In this document: piece by piece, positions 39,219-52,876 of the stretch
Layout: each line of letters opens with the position of its first letter
Position numbering within the stretch: position 1 is the first letter of the stretch
Source of the DNA: Eledone cirrhosa
Lineage: Eukaryota
Reading direction: 5' to 3'
DNA length: 64,000 nucleotides
Assembly: GCA_964016885.1 (NCBI GenBank)
Contig: OZ024762.1
Coordinates: 13,764,001 to 13,828,000 of the forward strand
Notes under the pieces: model-generated
What the model saw: only the letters and a program-made list of their open reading frames with translations
Databases searched by the model: none
What the model was told of the DNA's origin: nothing
Made by a program: the position numbers and the translations under genes

Positions 39219-39409
39219 ATAGAAAAAGTATGACCCCGACGGCAGAGCTCAAGCCGTTTCGGCGGCTATTTCAGTCCAGAAATAACCGTCGAAACGGCTT
39301 AAGCTCTGCCGTCAGGGTCATACTTTTTCCTATTTCCCACTTTACTACCCTAAGTATTGAGTACTCTGGTGCGTTATGGTCCATTTGGTTCCTTACCACA
39401 ACTTCTTTG

Positions 39410-39412
<3 letters not shown>
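39219..39412 (+). mobile_element. Fold-back half-hammerhead element, family E
   Basis: Palindrome 39219-39333 plus tail; (TA)n on both sides. Confidence 0.85.
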
Positions 39413-39459
<47 letters not shown>

Positions 39460-39668
39460 GCACACTGTCCCCAAAATATGTATACACAATTTGATTACCT
39501 CTACAGACAATATTTATTAGAATGCTACATACATTTTGTTGGAATACCCTATACACTCACACTCTATACACTCACACACGTACACTCACACACGTACACT
39601 CACACACGTACACTCACACACGTACACTCACACACGTACACTCACACACGTACACACACACGTACACA

Positions 39669-39730
<62 letters not shown>

Positions 39731-39745
39731 CTCCCCCTCTTTCTC

Positions 39746-39776
<31 letters not shown>

Positions 39777-39879
39777 CTCACACACATAATTTGCAAAAGG
39801 CAAAGAGAAATAACAAAACAAACGACACAGTGTAATAGAGAAATATATTAGTTTTATGCTTGATATATTAGGAAGAGAG

Positions 39880-39915
39880 TCTTGACGTTTCAGACGCTTG
39901 TCCTTTATCAGAAGA
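39880..39915 (-). ncRNA. Minimal PLE-type hammerhead, G8->A variant
   Basis: Minus: TCTT-CTGATAA-AGGAC-AAGC-GTCT-GAAAC-GTC-AAGA. Confidence 0.55.
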
Positions 39916-40311
39916 TAGAATGAAAAATTGAACAAGAAAGAGAAAGATTGAGGAAGCATCTCTAGGAAATCTGATATATATATATATTTGTATATATATA
40001 TGTAATAGAGAAATGACTTCTACATGACTAGAACTGTTTCGTTACTATGAAATCATCAGCAATGGACATTTATTTCAAGCTGTTCATTGCATTGTTTCTA
40101 ACCAGTGACTCTGTTGAAAAATAAACCTCATTTGGTCATTCCATGAGAGTATCTTGGTCAGCTTATGTCCTTTTCAGCCGACCCCCCCCCCCCACACACA
40201 TACTATACAATACCATACACAGGTCTATACTATAGACCGATGCATACATTAGAGCGTCGGATTATAGACAGGGGGGAAGAGAGGAAAGGACAGTGAGAGA
40301 GAGACCGTGTG

Positions 40312-40373
<62 letters not shown>

Positions 40374-40789
40374 GAGAGAGTGTGTGTGAGAGAGAGAGGG
40401 AGCATCTGTATAGAGAAAAAATAGAAAGTAACAGTGGTGGCAGTGGGGGTCTATATAGAAAGAAAGACAGTGATAGAGAGAAAACAGAAATATAGAGAGA
40501 ATGGGTGGATGGGTTGGTAAGGTGGGTGAGGACGTAAGCTGCCATTGTTAATATTTCATCTTCTTTTTTATAATTAAAAGTTTTTTTTTTCAAGTTTTTA
40601 ACAAAAGGTTTCAATTTTAAATGTATTTTCTTTGTCTCTTTTAATTGGAGACAAATACTGAATTAAATTACTGTTGTTGTGGTTGCTGTTGTTGTTGGTT
40701 TAGCCCTAGGTCAGTTCTCATCAAACAGACCTATGATCAAAGCTGTTTCATGCAATAACGATCTCGTCTTTTGTTTCCTGTTCAGACTT

Positions 40790-41168
40790 ATGAGGGCAGG
40801 CTGAAAAGTTCATAGGTTGATTATGAAGGAGTGATACTAGAGCTGTGAAATCTTGTTTTCATTAAATTGTCGACTCTTATTTTAAATAACAGCATTGTTG
40901 CTTTCCCTGGAAGAAAACAGTGCAGTTATTATTAAGAGTTGAAATTAATGCATTCAAGATTTCACAGCCCTAGCATCAATCCTTCAGAGGCTGACCAAGA
41001 TACTCTCATGGAATGACCAAATGAGGTTTATTTTTCAACATAGTCTCTCGAAAGGAACAAGAAACAATGGAGTTATTACTAAGAGTTGAAATTAATGCAT
41101 TCAAGATTTCACAGTTATAGCATCACTCCTTCATAGTCTGCCAATGAATTTTTCAGCCTATTCTCGTA
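40790..41168. mobile_element. Mariner-type MITE with ~70-bp TIRs
   Basis: TATGAGGGCAGGCTGAAAAGTTCATAGG...CTGTGAAATCTTG pairs with CAAGATTTCACAG...ATGAATTTTTCAGCCTATTCTCGTA; TA at both ends; related inverted fragment at 40107-40183. Confidence 0.8.
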
Positions 41169-41565
41169 TTTGTGTATGTGTATTGACTGAATAACTATGC
41201 CTCTTCACCTATCCAATCACCTAAAGAAAATTGACTTACAATAAAACAGAAAAGCTAAAAGTCGGGTTGTACCATCGAATTAAGCATATTTTAAGTATTA
41301 TACAGAAATATCAATAAAAAAGAAACTTTAACAACAGAGAGAAAGCTAACCCCTAGCTTGTATGTGTGGACCCTTAAACTCTGAAGGATTTCCAGGGGCG
41401 CTGTAATGACAAACCGCGTTTCTTGGGCCTTTATAACCTTGTGGGTTCCATCTACTCTGCAGCTAACCCCTAGTTTAGTTGCAAATGAAAGAGGTTTAGT
41501 TAGAAATGGGGTCCTAGTATAGATTTGTATGTTTCATCTGACTTGATAGATTTTGGAAATAGATA

Positions 41566-41590
41566 TACTACTACTACTACCACTAACACA

Positions 41591-41624
<34 letters not shown>

Positions 41625-41825
41625 TTACTACTACTATTACAACTACTACTACAACAACCACTACTATCACCACCTCCACTACAACCACTACCACTACTAC
41701 TACTCCCACTACTTCCACTACTACTACCACTATTACTACTACCACTACTACCACTACTACTACTATCACTACTACTATTACTACTACTACTACTACTACT
41801 ACTACTACCGTGACTGCTACCACTA

Positions 41826-41862
<37 letters not shown>

Positions 41863-41867
41863 CACTA

Positions 41868-41913
<46 letters not shown>

Positions 41914-41928
41914 CGTGACTGCTACTAC
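41566..41928. repeat. (TAC)n tract
   Basis: Seen directly. Confidence 0.95.
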
Positions 41929-42812
41929 GTAAAAGAAAGAAAATTTAAAACGAAAGGGGCGTTTAAGTATATTTATAAGGGTTGAAAGAAAAATAGGGAA
42001 CGGGTTTTTGAGGGGTTGTTGTTTTTTCTTGGGGGGGGGGGGGTTCTAGAGGGGGACCGGGCACATGTCTGAATCACGTGGTGGAGGAGATACAGATAGT
42101 GGGAGGGAGAGAGAGTGTGAGATAATGAATGTCAGATAATCATTACACACACGACACACACTTATCTATATATATGTATATATATAAGTGTATATGTATG
42201 TGTATAAGTGTATATGTATGTGTATATGTATGTATATATGTATGTATATATGTATATGTATGTGTATGTATATGCATATATATGAATGTGTATATGTATG
42301 TTTATATGTATGTATATATGTGTATATGTGTATATATGTGTATATGTGTATATATGTGTATATGTATATATATGTGTATATATATATATATATATATGTG
42401 TATATGTATATATATGTGTATATGTATATATATGTGTATATGTATGTGTATATGTGTGTTTGTATGTATATGTATGAGTGTATATATATATATATGTGTA
42501 TATATATGTGCATGTGTGTATATGTATGTGTGTGTATATGTATATGAATGAGTATGTATATATATATATATATATACATGTATATGTATGTTTTAATGTA
42601 TATGTATATATGTATATATATGTATATGTGTGTATATATGTAAATGTGTGCATATATGTATGTATGTATATATGTGTATGTATATATGTATATATATATC
42701 TATATATCTATATGTGTATATATGTGTGTATATTTATGTGTGTATAATGTATATATATATGTGTGTGTGTATAAGTATACATATATATATATATATATAT
42801 ATGTATGAATAA

Positions 42813-42859
<47 letters not shown>

Positions 42860-43189
42860 TATATAATAAACGGGGCAGGTGCGAAAGCTTCAGGGGCCGA
42901 AGAAGAATTAACATTTCCTTTCTTCTAGAAGTGATTCAGGGACCCTAAATAATTTTTATAGCAATAAAGGGGAGGATTTAGGGGCTCAGTGATAATGTTT
43001 ACAGATGATTATCTGATCGTGATGAAATCAATAGGAGTAGGACAGCCTGGACATATAGGGGAGAAAAAACGGGTTCAGGGACTGTAGTGATGACCCCGGG
43101 AGAGGGGGAATTTAGCACATGGAGAGGAAACGCCCCTTGTATATATCTGTGTGTGTATATATATATATGTGTGTATATACATATAGATG

Positions 43190-43820
43190 TGTGTGTGTGT
43201 ATACATATATATATATATATATGTGTGTTTGTGTATCTGTATGTGTGTAAATATATATATGTGTATACATATATATGTGTGTATATATGTATGTGTGTGT
43301 GTGTATACATATATATATATGTGTTTGTGTATCTGTATGTGTGTAAATATATGTGTATACATATATATATGTGTGTGTATATATATATGTGTGTGTGTGT
43401 ATACATATATATATATATATGTGTGTTTGTGTATCTGTATGTGTGTAAATATATATGTGTATACATATATATATGTGTGTGTATATATATGTGTGTGTGT
43501 GTATGTGTATATATATATATATATGTGTGTTTGTGTATCTGTATGTGTGTAAATATATATATGTGTATACATATATATATGTGTGTGTATATATATGTGT
43601 GTGTGTGTATGTGTATATATATATATATATGTGTGTTTGTGTATCTGTATGTGTGTAAATATATATGTGTATACATATATATATGTGTGTGTATATATAT
43701 ATGTGTGTGTGTGTATATATATGTATATATATATATATGTGTTTGTGTATCTGTATGTGTGTAAATATATATATGTGTATACATATATATATATGTGTGT
43801 GTATATATGTATGTGTGTGT
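43190..43820. repeat. Composite ~100-bp tandem repeat of microsatellite blocks
   Basis: Anchor GTGTTTGTGTATCTGTATGTGTGTAAAT occurs six times. Confidence 0.9.
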
Positions 43821-44224
43821 ACGTATGTGTCTGAGTGTATGTTATTATCTGTGTGTGTGTGATTATGCATGTATGTGTTTTTGTGCCTATGTATGTGTGT
43901 ATCACGCTTTTCTTTCTTTCCTTTTTCTCTCGCTCTCTCGCTCTCTCTCTCTATCTATGTAATCTGTGTATGTGTGTGTATGAAATCTGTGTATATGTAA
44001 TGTGTTTCTTTGAGTGTGTGTGTGTGAATGTAATGTTTGTGTGTGTATGTATATATTTATATATATATATATATATATAACCAAATGTTAAACAAGGTTC
44101 ATTTATTATTCAATGAATATAGTTTTACAATAGATTAAAAGCACTCAACAATGAAGTTTTCTGGAGTTATTAATATTATTCAGAATATTAATAAATGAAG
44201 ACGTTCACATAATCAAAGTATATG

Positions 44225-44286
44225 TTTTATTATATATATTTCGGAGGTACTATGCTGTTTTTTCAGTACGTCCTCATCAGATAACA
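44225..44286 (-). ncRNA. Type I hammerhead ribozyme, intact core
   Basis: TTAT-CTGATGA-GGACGTACTG(loop)TAGTACCTCC-GAAA-TATATA-TA-ATAA. Confidence 0.82.
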
Positions 44287-44401
44287 TATATGAATTGATG
44301 TATGACATACCTCAACTGTGCTGATGGTTCAATTCCAGTATTGCCAAGACTGAAATTGAACCATCTGCACAGTTGAGGTATGTCATACATCAATTTATGT
44401 A

Positions 44402-44463
44402 TTTTATCTGATGGGGACGTACTGAAAAAACAGCACAGTACCTCCGAAATATATATAATAAAA
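44402..44463 (+). ncRNA. Hammerhead copy in inverted arm, core mutated (CTGATGG)
   Basis: Mirror of 44225-44286 with A9->G. Confidence 0.75.
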
Positions 44464-44504
44464 CATATATTTTGATTATGTGAACGTCTTCATTTATTAA
44501 TATT

Positions 44505-44541
<37 letters not shown>

Positions 44542-44579
44542 ATATTAACAAATGGAAACTATATTTATAAAACCATATT

Positions 44580-44644
44580 TATTTCATTATACATATTTCA
44601 AGGATACCAAGTTAAATTATGGTGTGCTTTCATCAGATAAAATA
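44580..44644 (-). ncRNA. Type I hammerhead ribozyme, intact core
   Basis: Reverse complement of 44794-44858. Confidence 0.85.
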
Positions 44645-44793
44645 TAATATATACCAGTTTTATAAATAAACATTGACGTACCCTTTCAAAATGCGACCGT
44701 TACTTTTAGAAGACATCAGGATAGTCTTTCAAAAGTAACGGTCGCATTTTGAAAGGGTACGTCAATGTTTATTTATAAAACTGGTATATATTA

Positions 44794-44858
44794 TATTTTA
44801 TCTGATGAAAGCACACCATAATTTAACTTGGTATCCTTGAAATATGTATAATGAAATA
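44794..44858 (+). ncRNA. Type I hammerhead ribozyme, intact core
   Basis: TATTTTAT-CTGATGA-AAGCACACCA(loop)TGGTATCCTT-GAAA-TATGTA-TA-ATGAAATA; G.U wobble in helix I. Confidence 0.85.
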
Positions 44859-44985
44859 AATATGGTTTTATAAATATAGTTTCCATTTGTTAATATCGTA
44901 TATCTACTCCAAATACTTGTCGAGTACTTTATATCAGTTATAAAAATATTTGCTTGTTGTATCCCAACAATTTAAATAGAACTTT

Positions 44986-45020
<35 letters not shown>

Positions 45021-45024
<4 letters not shown>

Positions 45025-45098
45025 CCCACTCTACTACCCCAAGTATTGAGTACTTTGGTGCGTTATTTTCCACCTGGTTCCTTACCACATTTTCTTCG

Positions 45099-45100
<2 letters not shown>
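45021..45100 (+). mobile_element. Family E tail only, in (TA)n
   Basis: ATTACCCACTCTACTACCCCAAGTATTGAGTACTTTGGTGCG...TTACCACATTTTCTTCGT matches 57982-58061. Confidence 0.85.
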
Positions 45101-45144
<44 letters not shown>

Positions 45145-45773
45145 CTCCATACATATCTATCTATCTTTCTACCTACATAGCTATCTATGTACAGAACTAC
45201 TTACCTTTCTATCTATCTGTGTTAGAGAGAGGGAGATAGTGAGACGGAGGTAGTATGGTGTGTATATATTTGTGTGTGTGTATATATTTGTGCGTGTTTA
45301 TATACATGTTCACCGTTGTATATGAAATCCATTTTCCATCCATCCATATATATATATAGTTAATGATCCGTTCAGTAGCACCTGGTCATTTGTTGGCAAA
45401 TATTGATGTCATATTTCTCTCTGTTGCTAATCATTGGACCTCTTCGCTTTCACACACACACACACACACATACATACACACACACATACACCACACATAT
45501 ACACCACACACACACACCACATATACACCATAGACACACACACACATACACCACACACACACACATACACCACACATATACACCACACACATACACCACA
45601 CACACACATACACCATACATACACCACAGACACACACACACACACACACACATTCACCACACACACACACCATATACACTACACAGACACACACACACAC
45701 ACGTACACACACACACGTACACCACACATACACCCCCCACACACACCACATACACACCACACACCACACACGC

Positions 45774-45808
<35 letters not shown>

Positions 45809-45854
45809 GCATATAAATATGTATATTTATTTATATATATATATATATATTATA

Positions 45855-45904
<50 letters not shown>

Positions 45905-45985
45905 TATACACACATACTTATAGAGAACATGTAAACACGCAGATATGTTTACACATATAACACACATATACACTTACATACTCTT

Positions 45986-46021
<36 letters not shown>

Positions 46022-46596
46022 TTCTGCAATCTATTCATCGATTCTCTTTTATTGTGACTGTTTCTAATTGATCCGTCACTACAAAACCATCACCACCACC
46101 ACCATCATCATCACCATCCTAACCACTGCCACCTTTCACCACCGCCATCACCATTATCATAATTTCCATCATCATTGCCAGCATGCCACCACCACCACTA
46201 CCACCACCGCCACCACCGCTACCGCCACCACCACTACCACCACCACCACCACCGCTACCACTACCACCACTACCACCACTACCACCACCACGACTACCAC
46301 CACCACTAACACCACCACCACTACCACTATCTCTACTACCACCACTACTACCACCACCACCTCTACTACCACCACCACCACCTCTACCACCACCACCTCT
46401 ACTACCACCACCACCACCTCTACCACCACCATCACCACCACCATCACCACCACCACCACCATCACCACCACCACTACCACCACTACCAACAACAATAGAA
46501 GTCGACCAACTCTCAACCACTCAAGTTGACACGAATGCCTACAAAAGGTTTTTTTTTTTCTACAAAAGATATTATGGCGGAACAGAAAATATGGCT

Positions 46597-46627
<31 letters not shown>

Positions 46628-46643
46628 AATACGTACACACACA

Positions 46644-46686
<43 letters not shown>

Positions 46687-46779
46687 GCACATATAAATAC
46701 GTATACACACATACATACATACATACACACATACACACACATATATAAAATAAAAAAAAAACGCTTCCCCAAAAAATCC

Positions 46780-47012
46780 CTCTCGACCAGGATTGAACCA
46801 AAGACCCGATCTCCACCGTCTCTAGTCTTACCGCAAGGTCACAGTGACAACTAGGAACATCTTATGAAAATTCATACTTATAAACCTACTTTCAACATTT
46901 TCAAAACGAAATCACGTGGGTGTTCCCTAAACTTTCTTTCTCTTAGAGTTCAGGTATTTTTTGAAAGCTAAGCATTGGCTCCTAAAATACTACAGTGGGC
47001 TTCTGCAATGCT
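46780..47012 (-). mobile_element. Second copy of the tRNA-like dispersed repeat at 16240
   Basis: Reverse complement matches TAGCATTGCAG.AGCCCACTGTAGTATTTTAGG...GACTAGAGACGGTGGAGATCGG...GGTTCAATCCTGGTCGAGA. Confidence 0.8.
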
Positions 47013-47456
47013 ACATACATACACACACACATGTATACATACATGCACGCATACATACATGCACGCATACATACATACACATGTATACATACATCCACGT
47101 ATACATACATGCACATGTATACATATATACATACATACATACATGCACACATGTATACATACATGCACGCATACATGCACACACATGTATACATACATGC
47201 ACGCATACATACACACACATGTATACATACACACACATGTATACATACATCCACGTATACATACATGCACGCATACATACATTCTTACATATGTGTGTGC
47301 GTATATCTGTGTATATGTATATTTGTGAGTATGTGTATAAGTGAATACGCATGTGTGTGTGTGTGTGCATATATATATATATATATACAGAATGAGTATG
47401 TATATATATATATATATATATATATACATACTCACTCACACTCTCACTCTCACACA

Positions 47457-47502
<46 letters not shown>

Positions 47503-48182
47503 AGGAGAAAACGCAGACACATAGTCTCACACATAAACAGGGACATATGCACACAACCTCACACACACACACAACCTCACACACACACACACAACCTCAC
47601 ACACACACACATAACCTCACACACACACACACACACACACAACCTCTCACACACACACACAACCTCTCACACACACACACAACCTCTCACACAACCTCTC
47701 TCACACACACACACACAACCTCTCACACACACACACACACACAACCTCACACACACAACCTCTCACACAACCTCTCACACACAACCTCTCACACACACAC
47801 ACAACCTCATACACACACACAACCTCACACACACAACCTCTCACACAACCTTTCACACACACTCTCACTCTCACACACACTCTCACATACACACACTCTC
47901 ACACACACACTCACACACTCACACACACACACTCACACTCACTCACTCACTCTCACTCAGACTCTCACACTCTCACACTCTCACACTCACTCACACTCAC
48001 TCACACTCACACAGTCACACTCACACACTCACACTCACACACTCACACTCACGCACACACCCAAGCGACATCTGTCTTGATAATTCGCTATCATTTAATG
48101 CATGACATCACTTTAAAAAGTTGCTGCCTTCCGGCTAAATTATTATTATTATTGTTGTTTAACATATTAGTGACATTAGAGA

Positions 48183-48765
48183 TAACAACAACAGCAGCAG
48201 CAACACTAACAACAACAGCAGCAGCAACACTAACAACAACAGCAGCAGCAACACTAACAACAACAACAGCAGCAACACTAACAACAACAACAGCAGCAAC
48301 ACTAACAACAGCAGCAGCAGCAACACTAATAGCAGCAACAACAGCAGCAACACTAACAACAACAGCAGCAGCAGCAACACTAACAACAACAGCAGCAGCA
48401 GCAACACTAACAACAACAACAGCAGCAGCAACACTAACAACAACAGCAGCAACACTAACAACAACAACAGCAGCAATACTAACAACAACAACAACAGCAG
48501 CAACACTAACAACAACAGCAGCAGCAACACTAATAGCAGCAACAACAGCAGCAACACTAACAACAACAGCAGCAGCATCAACACTAACAACAACAACAGC
48601 AGCAGCAACACTAACAACAACAACAACAGCAGCAATACTAACAACAACAACAGCAGCAGCAACACTAACAACAACAACAACAGCAGCAACACTAATAGCA
48701 ACAGCAACAGCAGCACTAATAGCAACAACAACAGCAGCAACAACAGCACTAATAGCAGCAACAGC
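48183..48765. repeat. (ACA)n(GCA)nACACTA degenerate repeat
   Basis: Seen directly. Confidence 0.92.
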
Positions 48766-49779
48766 TATTATAATACAATTATAACTGTTGGTTGTGGTGT
48801 TGGTGGTTGTGGTGTTGGTGGTTGTGGTGGTGATGGTGATGATGGTGGTGATGGTGATGGTTGTGGTGATGGTTGTGGGGGTGATGGTTGTGGTGATGGT
48901 TGTGGTGGTGATGGTGGTGGTGGTGGTTGTACTGGTGGTGGTGGTTATGGTGGCGGTGTTGGTGTTGGTGGTGATGGTGATGGTTGTGGTGGTGGTGGTT
49001 GTGGTGATGGATGTGGTGGGGTGGTGATGGTGATGGTTGTGGTGGTTGTGGTTGTGGGACTTGGTTACATTGCTTTGAGCGTTCAGTGTTGTTTGGTGAT
49101 TAAACTCAATTGTAATAGAATACAAAATTGCGATTCCTTTATCAAGACCACAACCACTATCACCAACACCACCACTACCACCTACACCTATACCACCACG
49201 GACACCGCTAGCACCGACACCACCACTACCACCACCACCTACACCACTACCACCACCTACACCACTATCACCAACATCACACACTGCATCTATACCACCA
49301 CTATCACCAACATCACACACTGCATCTATACCACCAGCACCACCATCACACTACACCTATACCACCACCATCACCACACTACACCTCTACCAACACCGAC
49401 ACCACTAGCACCACCACCACTACCACCACCTACACCACTATCACCAACATCACACACTGCATGTATACCACCACACTACACCTATACCACTACCACCACC
49501 ACTACCACACTACACCACCACCTCTATCAACTACACCACCACCACCCCTAACAACTACACCACCACCACCTCTATAACCAACACCACCTTCACTATCGTC
49601 ATCAGCAACTGTCTTTGCATATGTAAGCTCGCATATCTGACGAGATGTCGAAAAATATTTTACCCTGACGTGATCCATATCGAAACAAATGTAATAAACA
49701 AATATATGTTGTACACATACTGTAATACTGTCTTCAACACTTTCAAATCTCTCTTTCTCTCTCTCTCTCCTTCTCTCTT

Positions 49780-49811
<32 letters not shown>

Positions 49812-49938
49812 TCCTTCTCTCTTTCTCTCTCTCCTTCTCTCTCCTTCTCTCTTTCTCTCTCCTTCTCTCTTTCTCTCTCCTTCTCTCTTTCTCTCTCCTT
49901 CTCTCTTTCTCTCTCTTCTTCTTTCTCTCTCCTTCACC

Positions 49939-49973
<35 letters not shown>

Positions 49974-50220
49974 TCTTCTCTCTCACTCTCTCTCTCTTCT
50001 TCTCTCTCACTCTCTCTCTCTTCTTCTCTCTCACTCTCTCTCTCTTCTTCTCTCTTTCTCTCTCTCTTCTCTCTTTCTCTCCTTCTCTTCTCTCTTTCTC
50101 TCCTTCTCTTCTCTCTTTCTCTCTCTCTCTTCTTCTGTCTCTCTCCTTCTCTCTTTCTCTCCCCTCTCTCCTTCTCTCTCTCCTCACTCTCTCCTCTCTG
50201 TCTCTCTCTCTATATAATGA

Positions 50221-50258
<38 letters not shown>

Positions 50259-50844
50259 GAGTGAGTGTGTGTGTGTGTCTCACTCTCTCTATTTATATAT
50301 ATATATTAATACCACACACATACCAATGTCACAATCAATTTTGCATTAATAACATTATCAAGCTATATATACTATAAACTTACACCCCCCCCCACCCAAC
50401 CAAACACGCACGTGTGTATATAACGTGTCTGTTTGTATCTATATATATAGGTGTATAATGAGAGTGTATATACACATATATGTATATGCTTATTTCTATA
50501 AAATGAGGGTATATGTATATATGCAGCCGCAAATTATCACCTACACATGTATGTATATACATATATCTATATATATATATATATATATATACATCTATAT
50601 ATATGTGTAGTGTGTATACATATATATTTTTTATTAAAAAAAGGGTATATATATATATGTGTATGTGTATACGCACACATAGACTTATACACATATAAAG
50701 AGTGCGTGTTTATACATATTTTTATAAAAAAAAGTGAGTATATATATATATATATATATACATACACACAAATAATCACTCACAAACTCAGACACACACA
50801 CACACACACACACATAATTATATACACACACACACACACACACT

Positions 50845-51047
<203 letters not shown>

Positions 51048-51453
51048 ATGTTTATTTATATTCAAAGTAAACAAATCGTTCAATATATTTTTTCCTCGCC
51101 GTTTCTTGCCAAAACGTCCATTTATCTATAAACAGATAAAGATTTTCTTTTCCTTGTCTTTCATTTTCTATTTTTCTCAGCTCAAATATTTCTTGTTTTC
51201 TGATAAACCTCACTAATTCTTTGATAATGTATTGTTTGTTTGTATTGTGTTGCTGTTGTTGATGTTTTTAATATTTTTTATTTTTTTTCTATATGTCTCT
51301 CTGTTATTTAATGATGAACATTTATACCAAATTAAACAACAAATGTTAGAAAATAACATTACAAATATATATATGTGTGTGGATGTATGTGTGGATGTAT
51401 GTATGTGTGTGTGTGTGGGACCTTTGGTTGTAAAGCCAAGCCATATGTATGTG

Positions 51454-51494
<41 letters not shown>

Positions 51495-51547
51495 TTATGT
51501 ATAAAATTTTCGTTCGTGAACTGAAGCCATTATGTATATATGTATCA

Positions 51548-51735
51548 GGACGGTGGATTGGCAGTATCGGTAGAGGGTCGGACGCCATGCTTTCCAGCAT
51601 AGTTACGTCCCTTTACGGTCCGAGTTCAAATTCCGCCGAGGTTGACTTTGTCTTTCATCCTTACGGGGTCGATAAAATAAAGTACCAGTAATACACTGGG
51701 TAATTTATGGCCTTGTGCCAAAAGTGGAAACAGTT
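51548..51735 (+). mobile_element. tRNA-derived SINE, full length
   Basis: A box, B box GAGTTCAAATTCC, central domain and tail all present. Confidence 0.93.
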
Positions 51736-51741
51736 ATGTAT

Positions 51742-51890
51742 ATCATCATCATCATTTCATTTTAAGTCCGTTTTCCCTGCTTGCAAGGGTGGGACGGGAA
51801 CTGATTCTGGCTTGATTTCTACAGCTGGATGCCCTTCCTAACCCCAACCTCATTTACAGTGAGTGCTGGGTGCTTTTTTTGCTGTGTCAC
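51742..51890 (-). mobile_element. SINE/RTE-tail-like fragment with (ATG)n tail
   Basis: Minus GGTTAGGAAGGGCATCCAGCTGTAGAAA...AAACGGACTTAAAATG-(ATG)n. Confidence 0.6.
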
Positions 51891-51941
51891 CTCCACGACC
51901 ACTTTGCAGTGGAATGATAGGGACCCCAGTCCCTATCATCT

Positions 51942-52037
51942 CATTTCTACAGCTGAGTAAACTGGAGCAATGTGAAATAAAGTGTCTTGCTCAAGGAAAC
52001 AACACATCACCCGGTCTGAGAATTGAACTCACAATCT
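51942..52037 (-). mobile_element. CORE-SINE fragment
   Basis: Minus GAGTTCAATTC...TCCTTGAGCAAGACACTTTATTTCACATTGCTCCAG..ACTCAGCTG resembles the CORE domain (from recall). Confidence 0.7.
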
Positions 52038-52805
52038 CTGTGTGTGTGTGTGTGTGTGTGTGTCTGTGAGTAGCTGTGTGTGTGTGTGAGTAGCTGTGTG
52101 TGTGTGTGAGGGAGTGGTGTGTGTGTGTCGTTTTTGTTGCTGTAGGAACGGTGAGATCAATGCTAATTAAAGTAAGCCTTTAATGAGAAACTTTGCAAAG
52201 GGACACAAAATTGCCCGGTGGTGGGGTGGTGTTGGTGGTGAGGGTAGTGGTGATTTGACTGATGGTGGTGGTGATGATGTTGGTAGTTGGAGTGATGACT
52301 GTGGTGGTCGTGATGGTATTTTTGGCTGGGTTGATGTTTGTGGTGGTGGTGGTGGTGAGGTGCTGGTGTTGTTGGTGAGGTGATGTTATTGGTAGTTAGG
52401 CCGAGGGGGATGGTGGTGGAGGGGGTTTTGGTGGTTGGGTTGATGGGTTTTGTGGTGGTAGTGTTGCTGATGTTGGTGGTTGAGCTGTAGTGGTGGTGTT
52501 GGTGTTGGTGTTGTTGTCGGTTGAGGAGGTTGTGGTGGTGTTGGTGATGATGTTATTAGTGGTTTTGCTTATGTCTATGGTGGTGATATGTGGTTAGAGT
52601 TATTATAGTAGGTAGATAAACTGCGGGAAACGCTATTTCTGCTGAAATTCTTGGGATGGTAAAAAGGTTAAGTTATCAAACTACCTTAGGGGTCATTTGC
52701 TCCGATTCATATATGTTAAGCCATCCCAATCATATGACATCAGTTGAGTCTGCTACTACAACGCAAATACCTCCTGTAGTATATCAAAAACACTACAACT
52801 TTCCA

Positions 52806-52876
52806 CCTGTCTGATGAGAACACGTCAACTGGTTATTACGCAATCACTTTAATGGCTTTGAAATACGTATAACAGG
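52806..52876 (+). ncRNA. Type I hammerhead ribozyme, family C
   Basis: CCTGT-CTGATGA-GAA.cac.GTCA(loop)TGGC.TTT-GAAA-T-ACGT-A-TA-ACAGG: perfect 5-bp helix I and palindromic helix III. Confidence 0.72.

Larger units (their letters stand above)
44079..44511 (-). mobile_element. Fold-back hammerhead element, family A copy 2 (tail 44079-44176, palindrome 44177-44511)
   Basis: ~160-bp arms with a loop at ~44340-44348; homologous to 18896-19300; (TA)n flanks. Confidence 0.88.
44540..44988 (+). mobile_element. Fold-back hammerhead element, family B (palindrome 44540-44898, tail 44899-44988)
   Basis: Near-perfect ~175-bp arms around the loop ATCAGGATA (44715-44723); (TA)n flanks. Confidence 0.92.

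Noticed and set aside
49637-49665. CTGACGA-GATGTC-GAAA hammerhead-like motif
   Set aside because: Helix II is too short and there is no helix I complement.
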